From positions 1 through 38,000 of the IMG/VR virus record IMGVR_UViG_3300045988_173701: DNA of 38,000 nucleotides. One strand, written 5' to 3'. The stretch comes from a virus. A program made the translations under genes and the position numbers. This document shows, in pieces, positions 16,050 through 25,755 of this stretch. Within the stretch, counting starts at the first letter, position 1. Every line of letters begins with the position of its first letter. The notes beneath the pieces are model-generated. The model was not told where the DNA came from and did no database searches. It was given only the letters and a program-made list of their open reading frames with translations.

Positions 16050-18531
16050 GATGCGCGATTACATGGAATTTATCGCCGATAAACGTACTCATGCACCTCA
16101 TTCTGGTTTCGATCCTGGCGATAGCGTAAGCGAGGTCTTGTTTCCTCATCAGCGCGATATTGTGCGATGGGCAGTGATTGGTGGTAGGCGCGCCATATTT
16201 GCTGCGTTTGGTTTGGGTAAATCTTTGATGCAGCTAGAAATCATGCGTCTTATAGGTGAACATGATGGAGGTAAGCAGCTTATAATTTGCCCGCTTGGAG
16301 TGCGTCAAGAATTCAAGCGCGATGCTGAGCTTTTAGGTTTGCACCCTGTTTTTGTTCGCCGAAACGATGAAGTAGATAGCGATGGCTTGTACCTTACCAA
16401 CTACGAGAGCGTGCGCGATGGTAGGTTAGATCCGTGCTTGTTTAATGCTGTGAGTTTAGATGAAGCGAGTGTTTTACGCTCGTTTGGCTCAAAGACCTAT
16501 CAAACGTTTCTAACGCTTTTCGACCAAGTTCCATATAGGTTTGTTGCTACGGCAACACCGTCTCCTAATCGCTATAAAGAGCTGATTCACTATGCTGGCT
16601 TTTTGGGGATTATGGATACAGGCCAGGCACTGACACGCTTTTTCCAGCGCGATTCCACCAAAGCAAATAACCTTACTATCTATCCTCATAAGGAGCGCGA
16701 GTTTTGGCTGTGGTTATCCTCGTGGGCGATATTTTTGCAGCGTCCAAGTGATTTAGGTTATTCGGATGAAGGATATGATCTGCCACCATTGGAAGTCGTT
16801 TGGCATGAGCTTCCCATACAAGATTCTGAGCCTGAAATTGACCGCGATGGACAATATAGGGCCTTCCATGATTCGACCATTTCGCTCTCCAATGCTGCAC
16901 GCGCTAAACGTCAAACCATGGTCGAGCGCATAGCGAGCGCCAAAGAAATAATTGATGCGTCACCTGAAGATCATTTTGTTTTATGGCATGACTTGGAAGA
17001 TGAGCGCCATGAAATCAAACGCCAGATCCCTGAAGCAGTTGAGGTATACGGTTCGCAAGATTTAGATGTACGTGAACGCCGTATTGTTGATTTTTCCGAC
17101 GGCAAACATCGGATCCTTGCAACTAAGCCTATTTTGTCTGGTTCGGGTTGTAACTTTCAGCGCCATTGTCATCGCGAGATCTTTGTCGGTGTTGGGTTTA
17201 AGTTCAATGATTTTATTCAATCAATCCATCGTGTATATCGCTTCTTGCAAAGCGAGCAGGTGCGTATTGACATCATTTATTCAGAGGCTGAGCGCGAGGT
17301 AGTTGAGCAGCTAAAAGCAAAGTGGTCGCGTTATGAGGAGTTAAATCAAAAGATGGAAGAGATTATTAAAGAATATGGTCTATCTGATGCATCAATCGCT
17401 GAAGCTATGAAGCGCTCTATTGGTGTTGATCGCATTGAAGCAAGTGGGCAAGGATGGCTTGTTGCTAACAACGATACGGTGTTAGAAGCTGATCTGTTGG
17501 CAGAAAATTCACTTGATTTGATTGTCACCTCGATTCCATTTAGTAACCACTACGAATATACGCCTAGCTATAACGATTTCGGGCATACCGATGACGATGA
17601 GCACTTTTTTGAACAGATGGATTATCTAACGCCTAAGTTGTTGCGTGCGTTGAAGCCTGGTCGCATTTATTGCTGCCATGTTAAAGATCGCATCAATTTC
17701 GGTAACGTAACAGGTGCGGGCATTCCTACGGTTCAGCCGTTTCATTCAGAAACCATCGCTCATTTTTTAAAACATGGGTTTGATTATATGGGCATGATTA
17801 CGGTTGTAACCGATGTTGTGCGCGAGAATAATCAGACTTATCGCCTTGGATGGACTGAACAGTGCAAAGATGGCACGAAAATGGGCGTAGGTTGCCCTGA
17901 GTACGTTTTGCTATTCCATAAGCCTCAATCCGACCGCTCGCGAGGGTATGCTGATGAACCTGTCACTAAGTCGAAAGATGAATATTCCCGTGCGCGTTGG
18001 CAGATAGATGCGCATGCGTTTTGGCGAAGCTCTGGTGAGGGGTCGTTAACGCCTGAAGATTTGGAATCGCTGCCAATGAACGATATCCAGTGCATATTCA
18101 AACAATACAGTTTGAATCATATCTATGACTACAAAAGCCATGTGAAGATTGGCGAAGTATTAGATGGGGAAGGTCATTTGCCCTCAACTTTTATGTCGTT
18201 AGCTCCTGGTAGCTGGGATATGAGCGTTTGGGATGATGTAAATCGAATGCTTACGCTTAACACTTCGCAGTCAAAAAAACGACAAGCAATGCATGTATGC
18301 CCGCTTCAGTTCGACATCGTAGATAGGCTTATTACTCGCTACTCAAATGAAGGTGAGCTTGTGTATGACCCATTTGGCGGTCTGTTCACGGTTCCTTTGC
18401 GAGCCATGATGCTTGGTCGGCGTGGTCGCGCGGTAGAGCTTAATACTCAGTATTTCTTAGACGGTGTTAAGTACTTAGAAGCTGAAGAGCGAAAGCAATC
18501 AATGCCATCTATTTTTGATTTAGGAGCTTAA
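16039..18531 (+). CDS. SNF2-like helicase N-terminal domain fused to an N6/N4 DNA methyltransferase (PF01555-like)
   Basis: FGLGKS and SLDEASVL (DEAx box) in the N-terminal half. DLIVTSIPF (motif IV) and YDPFGGLFT (motif I) in the C-terminal half. Confidence 0.7.
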   Translation: MQLRMRDYMEFIADKRTHAPHSGFDPGDSVSEVLFPHQRDIVRWAVIGGRRAIFAAFGLGKSLMQLEIMRLIGEHDGGKQLIICPLGVRQEFKRDAELLGLHPVFVRRNDEVDSDGLYLTNYESVRDGRLDPCLFNAVSLDEASVLRSFGSKTYQTFLTLFDQVPYRFVATATPSPNRYKELIHYAGFLGIMDTGQALTRFFQRDSTKANNLTIYPHKEREFWLWLSSWAIFLQRPSDLGYSDEGYDLPPLEVVWHELPIQDSEPEIDRDGQYRAFHDSTISLSNAARAKRQTMVERIASAKEIIDASPEDHFVLWHDLEDERHEIKRQIPEAVEVYGSQDLDVRERRIVDFSDGKHRILATKPILSGSGCNFQRHCHREIFVGVGFKFNDFIQSIHRVYRFLQSEQVRIDIIYSEAEREVVEQLKAKWSRYEELNQKMEEIIKEYGLSDASIAEAMKRSIGVDRIEASGQGWLVANNDTVLEADLLAENSLDLIVTSIPFSNHYEYTPSYNDFGHTDDDEHFFEQMDYLTPKLLRALKPGRIYCCHVKDRINFGNVTGAGIPTVQPFHSETIAHFLKHGFDYMGMITVVTDVVRENNQTYRLGWTEQCKDGTKMGVGCPEYVLLFHKPQSDRSRGYADEPVTKSKDEYSRARWQIDAHAFWRSSGEGSLTPEDLESLPMNDIQCIFKQYSLNHIYDYKSHVKIGEVLDGEGHLPSTFMSLAPGSWDMSVWDDVNRMLTLNTSQSKKRQAMHVCPLQFDIVDRLITRYSNEGELVYDPFGGLFTVPLRAMMLGRRGRAVELNTQYFLDGVKYLEAEERKQSMPSIFDLGA

Positions 18532-18532
18532 A

Positions 18533-19616
18533 ATGCTGTTTCATATAAATTCTGAAGATCTCGGTCATATTCTATCTAGCGTGGCACCTATAGCTGATAT
18601 GGGTGCAACGGTTGAGCAGATGTGTGTTTATATCGAAGCGCTCGATAGCGGATGCGTTCGTTTTAGTGCAACTGATATGAACAATAGCGTTAGGCACACT
18701 AAATCCGCTTTGATAACGGAGGTTGGTACCTGTTTGGTTTCTGCTCGAAAGTTGCAAGCGTTGGTTAAGACACTCCCATCGCAAGAGGTAGAAATTAAAA
18801 CGGATGGTCAAGAAGTAAAGATATCTTGCGGCAAGATTAAAGCTAATATTCCATCCCTCGATCCCTCTTTGTTCGATCCTTTGGTTTTTGTTGATACTTC
18901 TTGCGGTATTGAGATGCCTTTTGATGAATTTTCGGACATTGTTAAGTCTTGTGTGAAAAACGTTGCAACAAAAGACGATAGGCCAGCTATTACCTGTGTA
19001 CATATTCATGCAGTAGACAATAGGCTTATTTTTACCGCAACCGATTCGTTTAAGGTGTATGAGGGTTTCGCTAATTGCGCAAAACCCGTCGAATTCGACG
19101 CGTTAGTACCTGCAGTATTTCTATCCAAAGTTGCAGCGCTTAAAGCTGGCAAGACTATCAAATTTGCGATCGATCATAACCAAATCGCTTTTAGTGATGG
19201 TGAAATTGAGATCGGATCGTCTCTTAATATGGGTAAATAGCCAAATCTTAAGGTAGCGCTTAGCTATAACGCATATCTCAATGTTGTTGTTAGTACTGCA
19301 GCTTTAAGGCGAGCAGTTGAGCGTGCAAATTCCGTTAGGTCTCATACGGTACGACTTGAAGCGCAGCAAGGCGTATTAAAAATAACTGGTATTTCCAAGG
19401 ACGATGGAACAACGTATGAAGAAATAGAATGCGAATGCTCGAATCCCGAATACCAGAAAGCCTACTTGAATAGTTCTTATTTGCAGCAATACATAGGTTC
19501 TCTTCTGTTTAATAAGGTCACTCTTTCGTTCTGTGGCGAAAATCGACCTTTAGGTATCAGTAGCGACTATTCCAACGGGATTGTTATGCCAGTTCGTGCG
19601 CCTGAGGGGTGGTAGA
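18533..19616 (+). CDS. DnaN-like beta sliding clamp, interrupted by one in-frame TAG at 19238-19240
   Basis: The same frame stays open on both sides of a single amber codon. The C-terminus ...GIVMPVRAPEGW looks like DnaN. 361 codons in total. Confidence 0.5.
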
Positions 19617-19707
19617 CGTGGATATCTATACGGTTTTCGCGGCGTGCTTGATTATGTTTGTTTCTGCGCTGATTGTGTTCTTGATTGCTTGCTTTGGAGG
19701 TTTTTAG

Positions 19708-20142
19708 ATGAATAGTGTTTTATCAATGCCATGTTGTGTTGAAGGAGATTTGCCTGCCTATGCTCACGAAGGCGATGCGGGAATGGATATTCGCGCATCG
19801 GAGGGCGTTATTATCCATAAGGGCGAATATAAAGTCGTTCATACAGGATTGCATATCGAATGTCCTGAAGGTCATGTTGCCTATGTAATGCCGAGAAGCG
19901 GTTTGGCGGTAAAGAATGGCATCACCGTATTAAATGCACCAGGGGTAGTGGATAGCGGTTATCGTGGTGAGATTGTAGTGCCGCTTATTAACTTAGGTCG
20001 AGAGGTATTTGAGGTCGAGCCAGGCGATCGCATTGCGCAGCTTATTATCTCGCCTTATACCAAGGTGCAACCCGTATCCGTTGAGTCTTTGGGGGATTCA
20101 GCGCGGGGTAGCGATGGACTAGGATCTACGGGGGTGAAGTAG
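19708..20142 (+). CDS. dut: dUTPase
   Basis: GDAGMDIRA, PRSGLAVKNGI, VVDSGYRGEI. Confidence 0.9.
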   Translation: MNSVLSMPCCVEGDLPAYAHEGDAGMDIRASEGVIIHKGEYKVVHTGLHIECPEGHVAYVMPRSGLAVKNGITVLNAPGVVDSGYRGEIVVPLINLGREVFEVEPGDRIAQLIISPYTKVQPVSVESLGDSARGSDGLGSTGVK

Positions 20143-20472
20143 ATGCCAACGAACGAAGAGCGCAGAGAAGTAGCAGGGAAAATAAAAAGAAACGCCTTGA
20201 ATAATCCAAACATGCCCCTAATTCTTAACGTTGCCTTTGCTGCATTCGGGTTCACTGGGTGCTCGGAGAAAACAGTCACGGCATCTGAAGCAGGATTAAG
20301 GCTTGCAGAACTGATAGAGCCAGAACCAAAGCGGACTGGTCATGCTGTCGAGGATTTGTCGATCGGTGGATACGTTTCGTGGCGTTGCTCAGAATGCGGA
20401 CAGCCAATCAACAAGGCAGATAATTACTGCTCGAATTGTGGTGTTAGGCTCGGGGCAAAGGCGGTGGAATAG
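20143..20472 (+). CDS. Zinc-ribbon protein
   Basis: C-terminal CSECGQ ... CSNCG. Confidence 0.45.
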   Translation: MPTNEERREVAGKIKRNALNNPNMPLILNVAFAAFGFTGCSEKTVTASEAGLRLAELIEPEPKRTGHAVEDLSIGGYVSWRCSECGQPINKADNYCSNCGVRLGAKAVE

Positions 20473-20517
20473 TGGGCATCGGTGGAAAATAGCTAACAAC
20501 GAAATCGATTTTACGTA

Positions 20518-20547
20518 AAGGGGCTGATAAAGCCCCTTATTTTTTTG
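20518..20547 (+). terminator. Rho-independent terminator (AGGGGCT-GATA-AGCCCCT then T7)
   Basis: Stem-loop plus ATTTTTTTG. Confidence 0.65.
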
Positions 20548-20677
20548 CAAGCGAGACCTGCTAGAGCAGCTAGACTCCCAACCTAATAAAGCAGGGTATC
20601 TTAAAGCCTTAATCAAGGCGGATATGGAAGGTCGTGTTAATTGGTAGTATATCGCTACCAATAGAACGAACGTGAAA

Positions 20678-20712
20678 CGAGAGCGGTTCAGTTTCGAGCC
20701 GCTCTTTTTGTC
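20678..20712 (+). terminator. Terminator-like hairpin (GAGCGG ... CCGCTC) followed by TTTTTG
   Basis: Stem plus T-run. Confidence 0.45.
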
Positions 20713-20846
20713 TGTTATTCCTGACGGACAAGTGATTTTGTCCGTCAAAAAATGGGAAATATGTCATGCAAAAGAAATGCATGAACAATCAGCGAAATAT
20801 AGGTATCAAGTGCACTATGCGCTATAAATAAAGAGGGTGAGTTGAT

Positions 20847-21008
20847 ATGAATATGATGGATCTGCTAAGAATTCCCGGTCTTGATAACTTGGATAGAATT
20901 CGTGAGATGAGACAAAAATCGAAGGAGAGAATGAATAAAGCTATAGAACGTCAAAGGAGAATCTATAGACTTATGAGCAACACGAGAGAAAAGAACAACA
21001 TTAAATAG
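20847..21008 (+). CDS. Small basic protein (53 aa)
   Basis: ATG after AAAGAGGGTGAGTTGAT. Absent from the ORF track because it is under 60 aa. Confidence 0.3.
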   Translation: MNMMDLLRIPGLDNLDRIREMRQKSKERMNKAIERQRRIYRLMSNTREKNNIK

Positions 21009-21090
21009 ATTTATGTTTGTTATATGGTGCGTGTTCGTAATCCTGGAAGTGAGTTGTTTTTAAGTTGGTGACTTAGATAGGGAGGAATGT

Positions 21091-21561
21091 ATGACAGTCA
21101 CCAACGAAGACGTGAAACAGCTTTGCGCGGAAAAGTATCTTGATTACGTTTCAAGACTTAAAGGTAGAGTGTCATTTCGAATAAATGAAATAGAAGAGCA
21201 GAAAAGCAAGCTTGAGGTGCTTGGCATAGATTATGAATCTTCTATTGCTCAGGGATCCGTTACAAACGATAAAGTTCCTGATGGTGTTATAAAGCTTATT
21301 GAGTATATTGATTGGCTCGATGCTGATTTGCAGATATACAAGGATGATATGCAGATTGCCATTGGTATTATCGAATCGTTGCCATCCGATCTTGTTGAAC
21401 CTGCTAGATCTCACTATATAGAAGGAGTTCCGTGGGTAACAATTGAGAGATTAACGTATTATTCTCATTCTGCTGTCATGAAGAAAAGAAAGCGCATTTT
21501 GATAGAGATATACGATCTGATGCCTGAAGAATGGAGAAGGATTTTGCCCAAGGCGGTTTAG
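21091..21561 (+). CDS. ArpU-family late-gene transcriptional regulator (putative)
   Basis: 156 aa immediately upstream of the packaging genes. C-terminal HYIEGVPWVTIERLTYYSHSAVMKKRKRIL resembles ArpU/RinA-like activators. Confidence 0.45.
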   Translation: MTVTNEDVKQLCAEKYLDYVSRLKGRVSFRINEIEEQKSKLEVLGIDYESSIAQGSVTNDKVPDGVIKLIEYIDWLDADLQIYKDDMQIAIGIIESLPSDLVEPARSHYIEGVPWVTIERLTYYSHSAVMKKRKRILIEIYDLMPEEWRRILPKAV

Positions 21562-21616
21562 ATGGTGTACTAAAGTGTACTTCGAAGTGTGTTATCTTGT
21601 ATGTGGTTAAAGTTTG

Positions 21617-21690
21617 GGAAGTCGAAAGAATTCGGCTTCCTTTTTTGTTTATTTATTCAGCTCCCTTCATGGGAGCTTTTCTTTTATAGG
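21617..21690 (+). terminator. Tandem rho-independent terminators after the late regulator
   Basis: GGAAGTCGAA-AGAA-TTCGGCTTCC then T6, followed by AGCTCCC-TTCAT-GGGAGCT then TTTCTTTT. Confidence 0.55.
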
Positions 21691-21698
21691 GAGTTATA

Positions 21699-21895
21699 TG
21701 GCTTACTGCTTTGGATGTGGGAGGTTGCGCGATACCTATGACGGATGGTGCAAAGAGTGCATACGTGATGAGTATGTTCGTCGGCATCATAAAGTTCCGT
21801 ATGGTGATCCGCCACGTAGACCGCTGATCCAGAAGGATTTAAACGGAAAGATAATTCGAGTGAGAAGCGATGGTGAGATAGATGAGCTTATATGA
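21699..21895 (+). CDS. Small zinc-ribbon protein
   Basis: ATG at 21699 after TATAGGGAG. CFGCG ... CKEC. Confidence 0.4.
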
Positions 21896-21999
21896 GTTAG
21901 GTAAGCTTGCATCTCGCTATGACACTCAGGTAGCTCACGCAATGTTGCATGCGGTCGCTGTTGCAATCGACAGAGGAAAGAAAGAGCTGTATCTAGCTC

Positions 22000-22383
22000 A
22001 TGACGATAATGCATGTACCTAGGGCACCTCATGCTTTGGCTGCTTGCATTAGAGAGTTAATTAAGCAGCACAAGCTTTATTTGTTTTATAAGTCGCCTGA
22101 ATGGTTGGCACTTCGTGATGAGGTGTTGAGGGAAGCACACTACGAATGCGAAGAGTGCAAAGAGAAATCTCCTTCAATTTTTTCTCAAGCAGTGACGGTT
22201 CATCACGAGATGGAAGTAAAGGACCACCCAGAGCTTGCCTTGTCTAGGACCTATAGGGATGAGCAGGGTGAAACTAAGCGCAACCTTTTTGCTTTGTGCT
22301 CTCGTTGTCATAACGAAAAACATCATCGTTTCCGAGGAAATATTTATTCAAAGGCACCTTTAACCGAAGAGAGATTTGATTAG
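22000..22383 (+). CDS. HNH endonuclease
   Basis: CEEC ... HHEMEV ... CSRCHNEKHH. Confidence 0.8.
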   Translation: MTIMHVPRAPHALAACIRELIKQHKLYLFYKSPEWLALRDEVLREAHYECEECKEKSPSIFSQAVTVHHEMEVKDHPELALSRTYRDEQGETKRNLFALCSRCHNEKHHRFRGNIYSKAPLTEERFD

Positions 22384-22385
22384 AT

Positions 22386-22436
22386 ACCCCCACCACCCCA
22401 AACCCCAAAAGTAAGAGGGGGTGAACAACGGGGGGC
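22386..22436. other. C-run / G-run element between HNH and terS (candidate cos or packaging-site region)
   Basis: CCCCCCACCACCCCAAACCCCAAAAG ... GGGGGTGAACAACGGGGGG. HNH-terS intergenic regions commonly hold cos in HNH-associated cos phages. Confidence 0.25.
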
Positions 22437-22448
22437 AATCCAAGACTC

Positions 22449-22931
22449 TTGAAAAATATTTCCCTTTTTGCATATAAGGAGGTGAGCGACATTCCAAGAA
22501 AAAAAGAACCAGTCGATCTAATTCAGGCAAAAGGTAAAAAACACCTGACCAAAGATGAATTTGAAGAGAGAAAAGCAAAGGAACCTGAGGTTGTTTCTGG
22601 GGATGTTCACCCGCCTGATTATCTACCTAAAAAATTTCACGAAAAGTTTGAGTATTTGGCAGGTTTGCTAGAGCAATTAAAAATTACAAAGCTCGATGCA
22701 GATTGTTTAGCAAACTTTATTGCTGCTCAAGATTTATATTTCGAATGCACCAAGAAGATAAGCGCCAATTTGCATAAGCGACCACCTACGGTTGATAAAG
22801 ATTTACAGATGCAACAAGATCGCGCTTTCAAACAGGCTTACCAGTGGGCCAGAGAGCTTGGACTGACTATTTCCAGTCGAGGATCTATTGAAGTACCTAA
22901 GGCCTTAGAAGATGTCGACGACGGATTGTAA
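22449..22931 (+). CDS. Terminase small subunit (start uncertain)
   Basis: 160 aa directly upstream of and overlapping TerL. AAGGAGG lies inside the ORF, so the true start may be later. Confidence 0.55.
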   Translation: MKNISLFAYKEVSDIPRKKEPVDLIQAKGKKHLTKDEFEERKAKEPEVVSGDVHPPDYLPKKFHEKFEYLAGLLEQLKITKLDADCLANFIAAQDLYFECTKKISANLHKRPPTVDKDLQMQQDRAFKQAYQWARELGLTISSRGSIEVPKALEDVDDGL

Positions 22932-24585
22932 GGCTAAAACTCATAAGCGAATCGTGTGTCCTTGGATTACTGAGTGGATGCGAGTTGTTGAGCAAGAAAA
23001 ACAACTGGTGTGTCAAGAACAGGTGATGCTTGTTTCGTATGTTCGTAGAGTTTTCGCTGAAGAAAAACTATATATCGATACCTATCGGCTCGAAAAATAC
23101 GAAAGCTATCAAAAATACTTTCCATTTGATTTGTTTCACTGGGAAAAGTTTTTGTTTGCCATATCGATGACAGTTTTTAAGGAAGATGGTCGTCCTCGAT
23201 GGTCGCAAATCTTCGCACTATTAGGACGCGGTTCTGGAAAGAACGGATTGATTTCTTTTATAGCGTTTTGTTTGCTTACTGAAACAAATGGAATTGATCG
23301 ATACAACGTTGATATTTGCGCAACAAGTGAAGAGCAGGCAAAGACTTCGTTTTTTGAAGTGCATGATGATGTGCTTGAAAATCCAAAACAGGCACGAAAG
23401 ATGCGCAATAACTTCTATTGGACACGCGAGGTTATCAAAAACAAAAAGACACGATCTGAACTTAAGTATCGAACCGATAATCCTAAGTCTAAAGACGGAC
23501 TTAGAAGCGGTGCAGTAATTTTTGACGAGGTACATGCCTATGAAAACTGGAAAAACTTAAACGTATTTACTACTGGTCTTGGTAAAAAGCCTCATCCTCG
23601 AAGATTCTATTTCACCTCAGAAGGTAATGTTTGCGATGGCCCTTTGGATTCTTTAAAAGAGCGAGCAATGCGAATACTTAAAGGCGAGATTGCTGATAAC
23701 GGCTTTTTCCCTTTTATTTGCAGACTGGATTCTAAAGATGAGGTTCACGATAGAAGATGTTGGGTTAAGTCGGTTCCGTCTCTTCCATTTTTTCCTGACG
23801 TAGAAGAGGAAATGATCACCGAATACGGTGAATATCTTGAAGATCCTATTAACAATTCGGAGTTCATGACTAAACGTATGGGTTTGCGCGAAAGCCAAAC
23901 CGAAATTGCAGTTACATCTTGGGAAAACATAAAGGCTACAAGCAAAGAAATCCCTGATTTATCTGGATGGGAATGCGTTTTAGGTCTTGACCTTGCTCGC
24001 ACAACAGACTTTATAAGCGCCTCTTTGGTGTTTAGGCGAGACGAACAATACTACGCAATAAATCATTCTTGGTTTTGCTTTAATTCGCCGCACCGAAAAG
24101 CGATAAAAGCACCGCTTGACGAGTGGCATAATGCAGGCTTTATAACCCTGGTCGATGACGTGGAGGTTCCGCCCGAGATAGTTATTGACTGGGTAAGAGC
24201 GCAGATGTCGCTCTATTCCATCTTGGGTGTCGCTCTTGACTCATATAGGTTTTCGATCTTTAGCAGATTGCTTGATGATCTAGGTTTTTCAGTCAAAGAC
24301 AAAACAATCAAACTCTTGCGTCCTAGCGACATCATGCTTGTGCAGCCAAAGATAACAAGCGCTTTTGCAAAGCAAAGAATTTCATGGGGAAACGATCCTG
24401 CAATGCGTTGGTTTACCAACAATGCAAAGCTCGAACCAGCTAAAAACAACAATTACACCTACGGAAAAATCGAACCTAAGTCAAGAAAGACAGATGGCTT
24501 TATGGCCTTTGTTGCTGGCATGTGTATCGAGGATATGATTCCTGAATTTGTTCCATATGAGTTTTTCGCTCCAGTATTTTTCTAA
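22912..24585 (+). CDS. Terminase large subunit
   Basis: 557 aa. Walker-like GRGSGKN. Nuclease-domain acidic residues present. Confidence 0.85.
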   Translation: MSTTDCKAKTHKRIVCPWITEWMRVVEQEKQLVCQEQVMLVSYVRRVFAEEKLYIDTYRLEKYESYQKYFPFDLFHWEKFLFAISMTVFKEDGRPRWSQIFALLGRGSGKNGLISFIAFCLLTETNGIDRYNVDICATSEEQAKTSFFEVHDDVLENPKQARKMRNNFYWTREVIKNKKTRSELKYRTDNPKSKDGLRSGAVIFDEVHAYENWKNLNVFTTGLGKKPHPRRFYFTSEGNVCDGPLDSLKERAMRILKGEIADNGFFPFICRLDSKDEVHDRRCWVKSVPSLPFFPDVEEEMITEYGEYLEDPINNSEFMTKRMGLRESQTEIAVTSWENIKATSKEIPDLSGWECVLGLDLARTTDFISASLVFRRDEQYYAINHSWFCFNSPHRKAIKAPLDEWHNAGFITLVDDVEVPPEIVIDWVRAQMSLYSILGVALDSYRFSIFSRLLDDLGFSVKDKTIKLLRPSDIMLVQPKITSAFAKQRISWGNDPAMRWFTNNAKLEPAKNNNYTYGKIEPKSRKTDGFMAFVAGMCIEDMIPEFVPYEFFAPVFF

Positions 24586-24594
24586 GGAGGGTAT

Positions 24595-25755
24595 TTGGGT
24601 TCCATAAAAATGAAGTTACTTGACTGGCTGGGTAACTCCGTGGAGTCAAGTGAAGAAGTTTCATCTGAGCTTATTGCGCAAAATACAGCGTTTCAGGTGT
24701 TAGCAATCTATATTGCTGTTTCTTACGTATCCAATGCGATATCAAACTGCGAATTTAAGGTGTACCGAGCGGGAAAAGAGGTAAAGGATTATCTCTATTA
24801 TCTGCTGAATGTGTCGCCAAATCCTAACCAGAATGCAACACAGCTCAAGCGCGAGATGATTGAGAAATATTATCTCGATGGAAGGTCGTTGCTTCTTGCT
24901 AAGAATGATCAGCTTTATTTGGCTGATAGCTTTAATCGGCAAAAAATGGGTTTGTCTGATGATCTTTTTGACGGAATTGTAGTAAACGAGCGTTATCAAG
25001 AACTCGGATGCTTAAAAGCTAATGAGGTTTTTTGTTTAGAGCAGAGCAATATTAGGGTATCAGCACTAATCAATAAAGCACTAAGCGCCTATTCGCGCCT
25101 TGCGGGTGTATCGATTGAATCGTATGCCGCTGCGAATGTACCGAAATATCAATATGATATTTCGGCTCCACAGGCAGGAGATCAAACTCAAGCCGAAAAA
25201 TTTCAAGAAATGATATCGGACAATTTTAAAGCTTTTATCAAATCAGACAGATCAGCGGTGCTACCTCAGCATAAAGGTAGGGAACTTAAAAAGTTTGAAA
25301 CGGGCACAGGATCAAGCGTTGCTGATGTAAATCAGATTAAAGATGAAATGTTTACCACAGCTGCACAAGCTTTCCGCATACCTCAGTCGATGATGCTTGG
25401 AAACATTAACAACATGGCAGCTATCGTTAAAGCTTTTCTCACTTTTTGTGTCGATCCCATTGCGCAAGAAATAAGTGACGAAGCTACTCGAAAGCTTATC
25501 GACTATTACGGTTGGAAGAGTGGCGACTACATAACGGTAGATACATCGCTTATTGAGCATGTTGATCTATTCAGCATTGCATCTAGCGTGGAAAAGCTTA
25601 TCTATACAGGTTTATTTACCCCTGATGGCATCCGACAAAAAATCGGTGAAGCTCCAATCAATGATGAATTCTCGCAGGCATATTACCTGACTAAAAACAT
25701 TGCGCCTGCCAATGATCTATTGAATTCGGTAAACATTGAGGGAGGTGAACAATGA
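24595..25755 (+). CDS. Portal protein (HK97-type)
   Basis: 386 aa. Sits between TerL and the prohead protease. Confidence 0.8.
   Translation: MGSIKMKLLDWLGNSVESSEEVSSELIAQNTAFQVLAIYIAVSYVSNAISNCEFKVYRAGKEVKDYLYYLLNVSPNPNQNATQLKREMIEKYYLDGRSLLLAKNDQLYLADSFNRQKMGLSDDLFDGIVVNERYQELGCLKANEVFCLEQSNIRVSALINKALSAYSRLAGVSIESYAAANVPKYQYDISAPQAGDQTQAEKFQEMISDNFKAFIKSDRSAVLPQHKGRELKKFETGTGSSVADVNQIKDEMFTTAAQAFRIPQSMMLGNINNMAAIVKAFLTFCVDPIAQEISDEATRKLIDYYGWKSGDYITVDTSLIEHVDLFSIASSVEKLIYTGLFTPDGIRQKIGEAPINDEFSQAYYLTKNIAPANDLLNSVNIEGGEQ

Noticed and set aside
16676-17528. Short minus-strand ORFs inside the 830-aa helicase-methyltransferase gene
   Set aside because: They sit within a long, motif-supported plus-strand gene. 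No independent support.
19238-19240. Genome-wide TAG stop-codon reassignment
   Set aside because: Only this one gene shows an internal in-frame TAG. Many other long ORFs are uninterrupted and end at ordinary stops.
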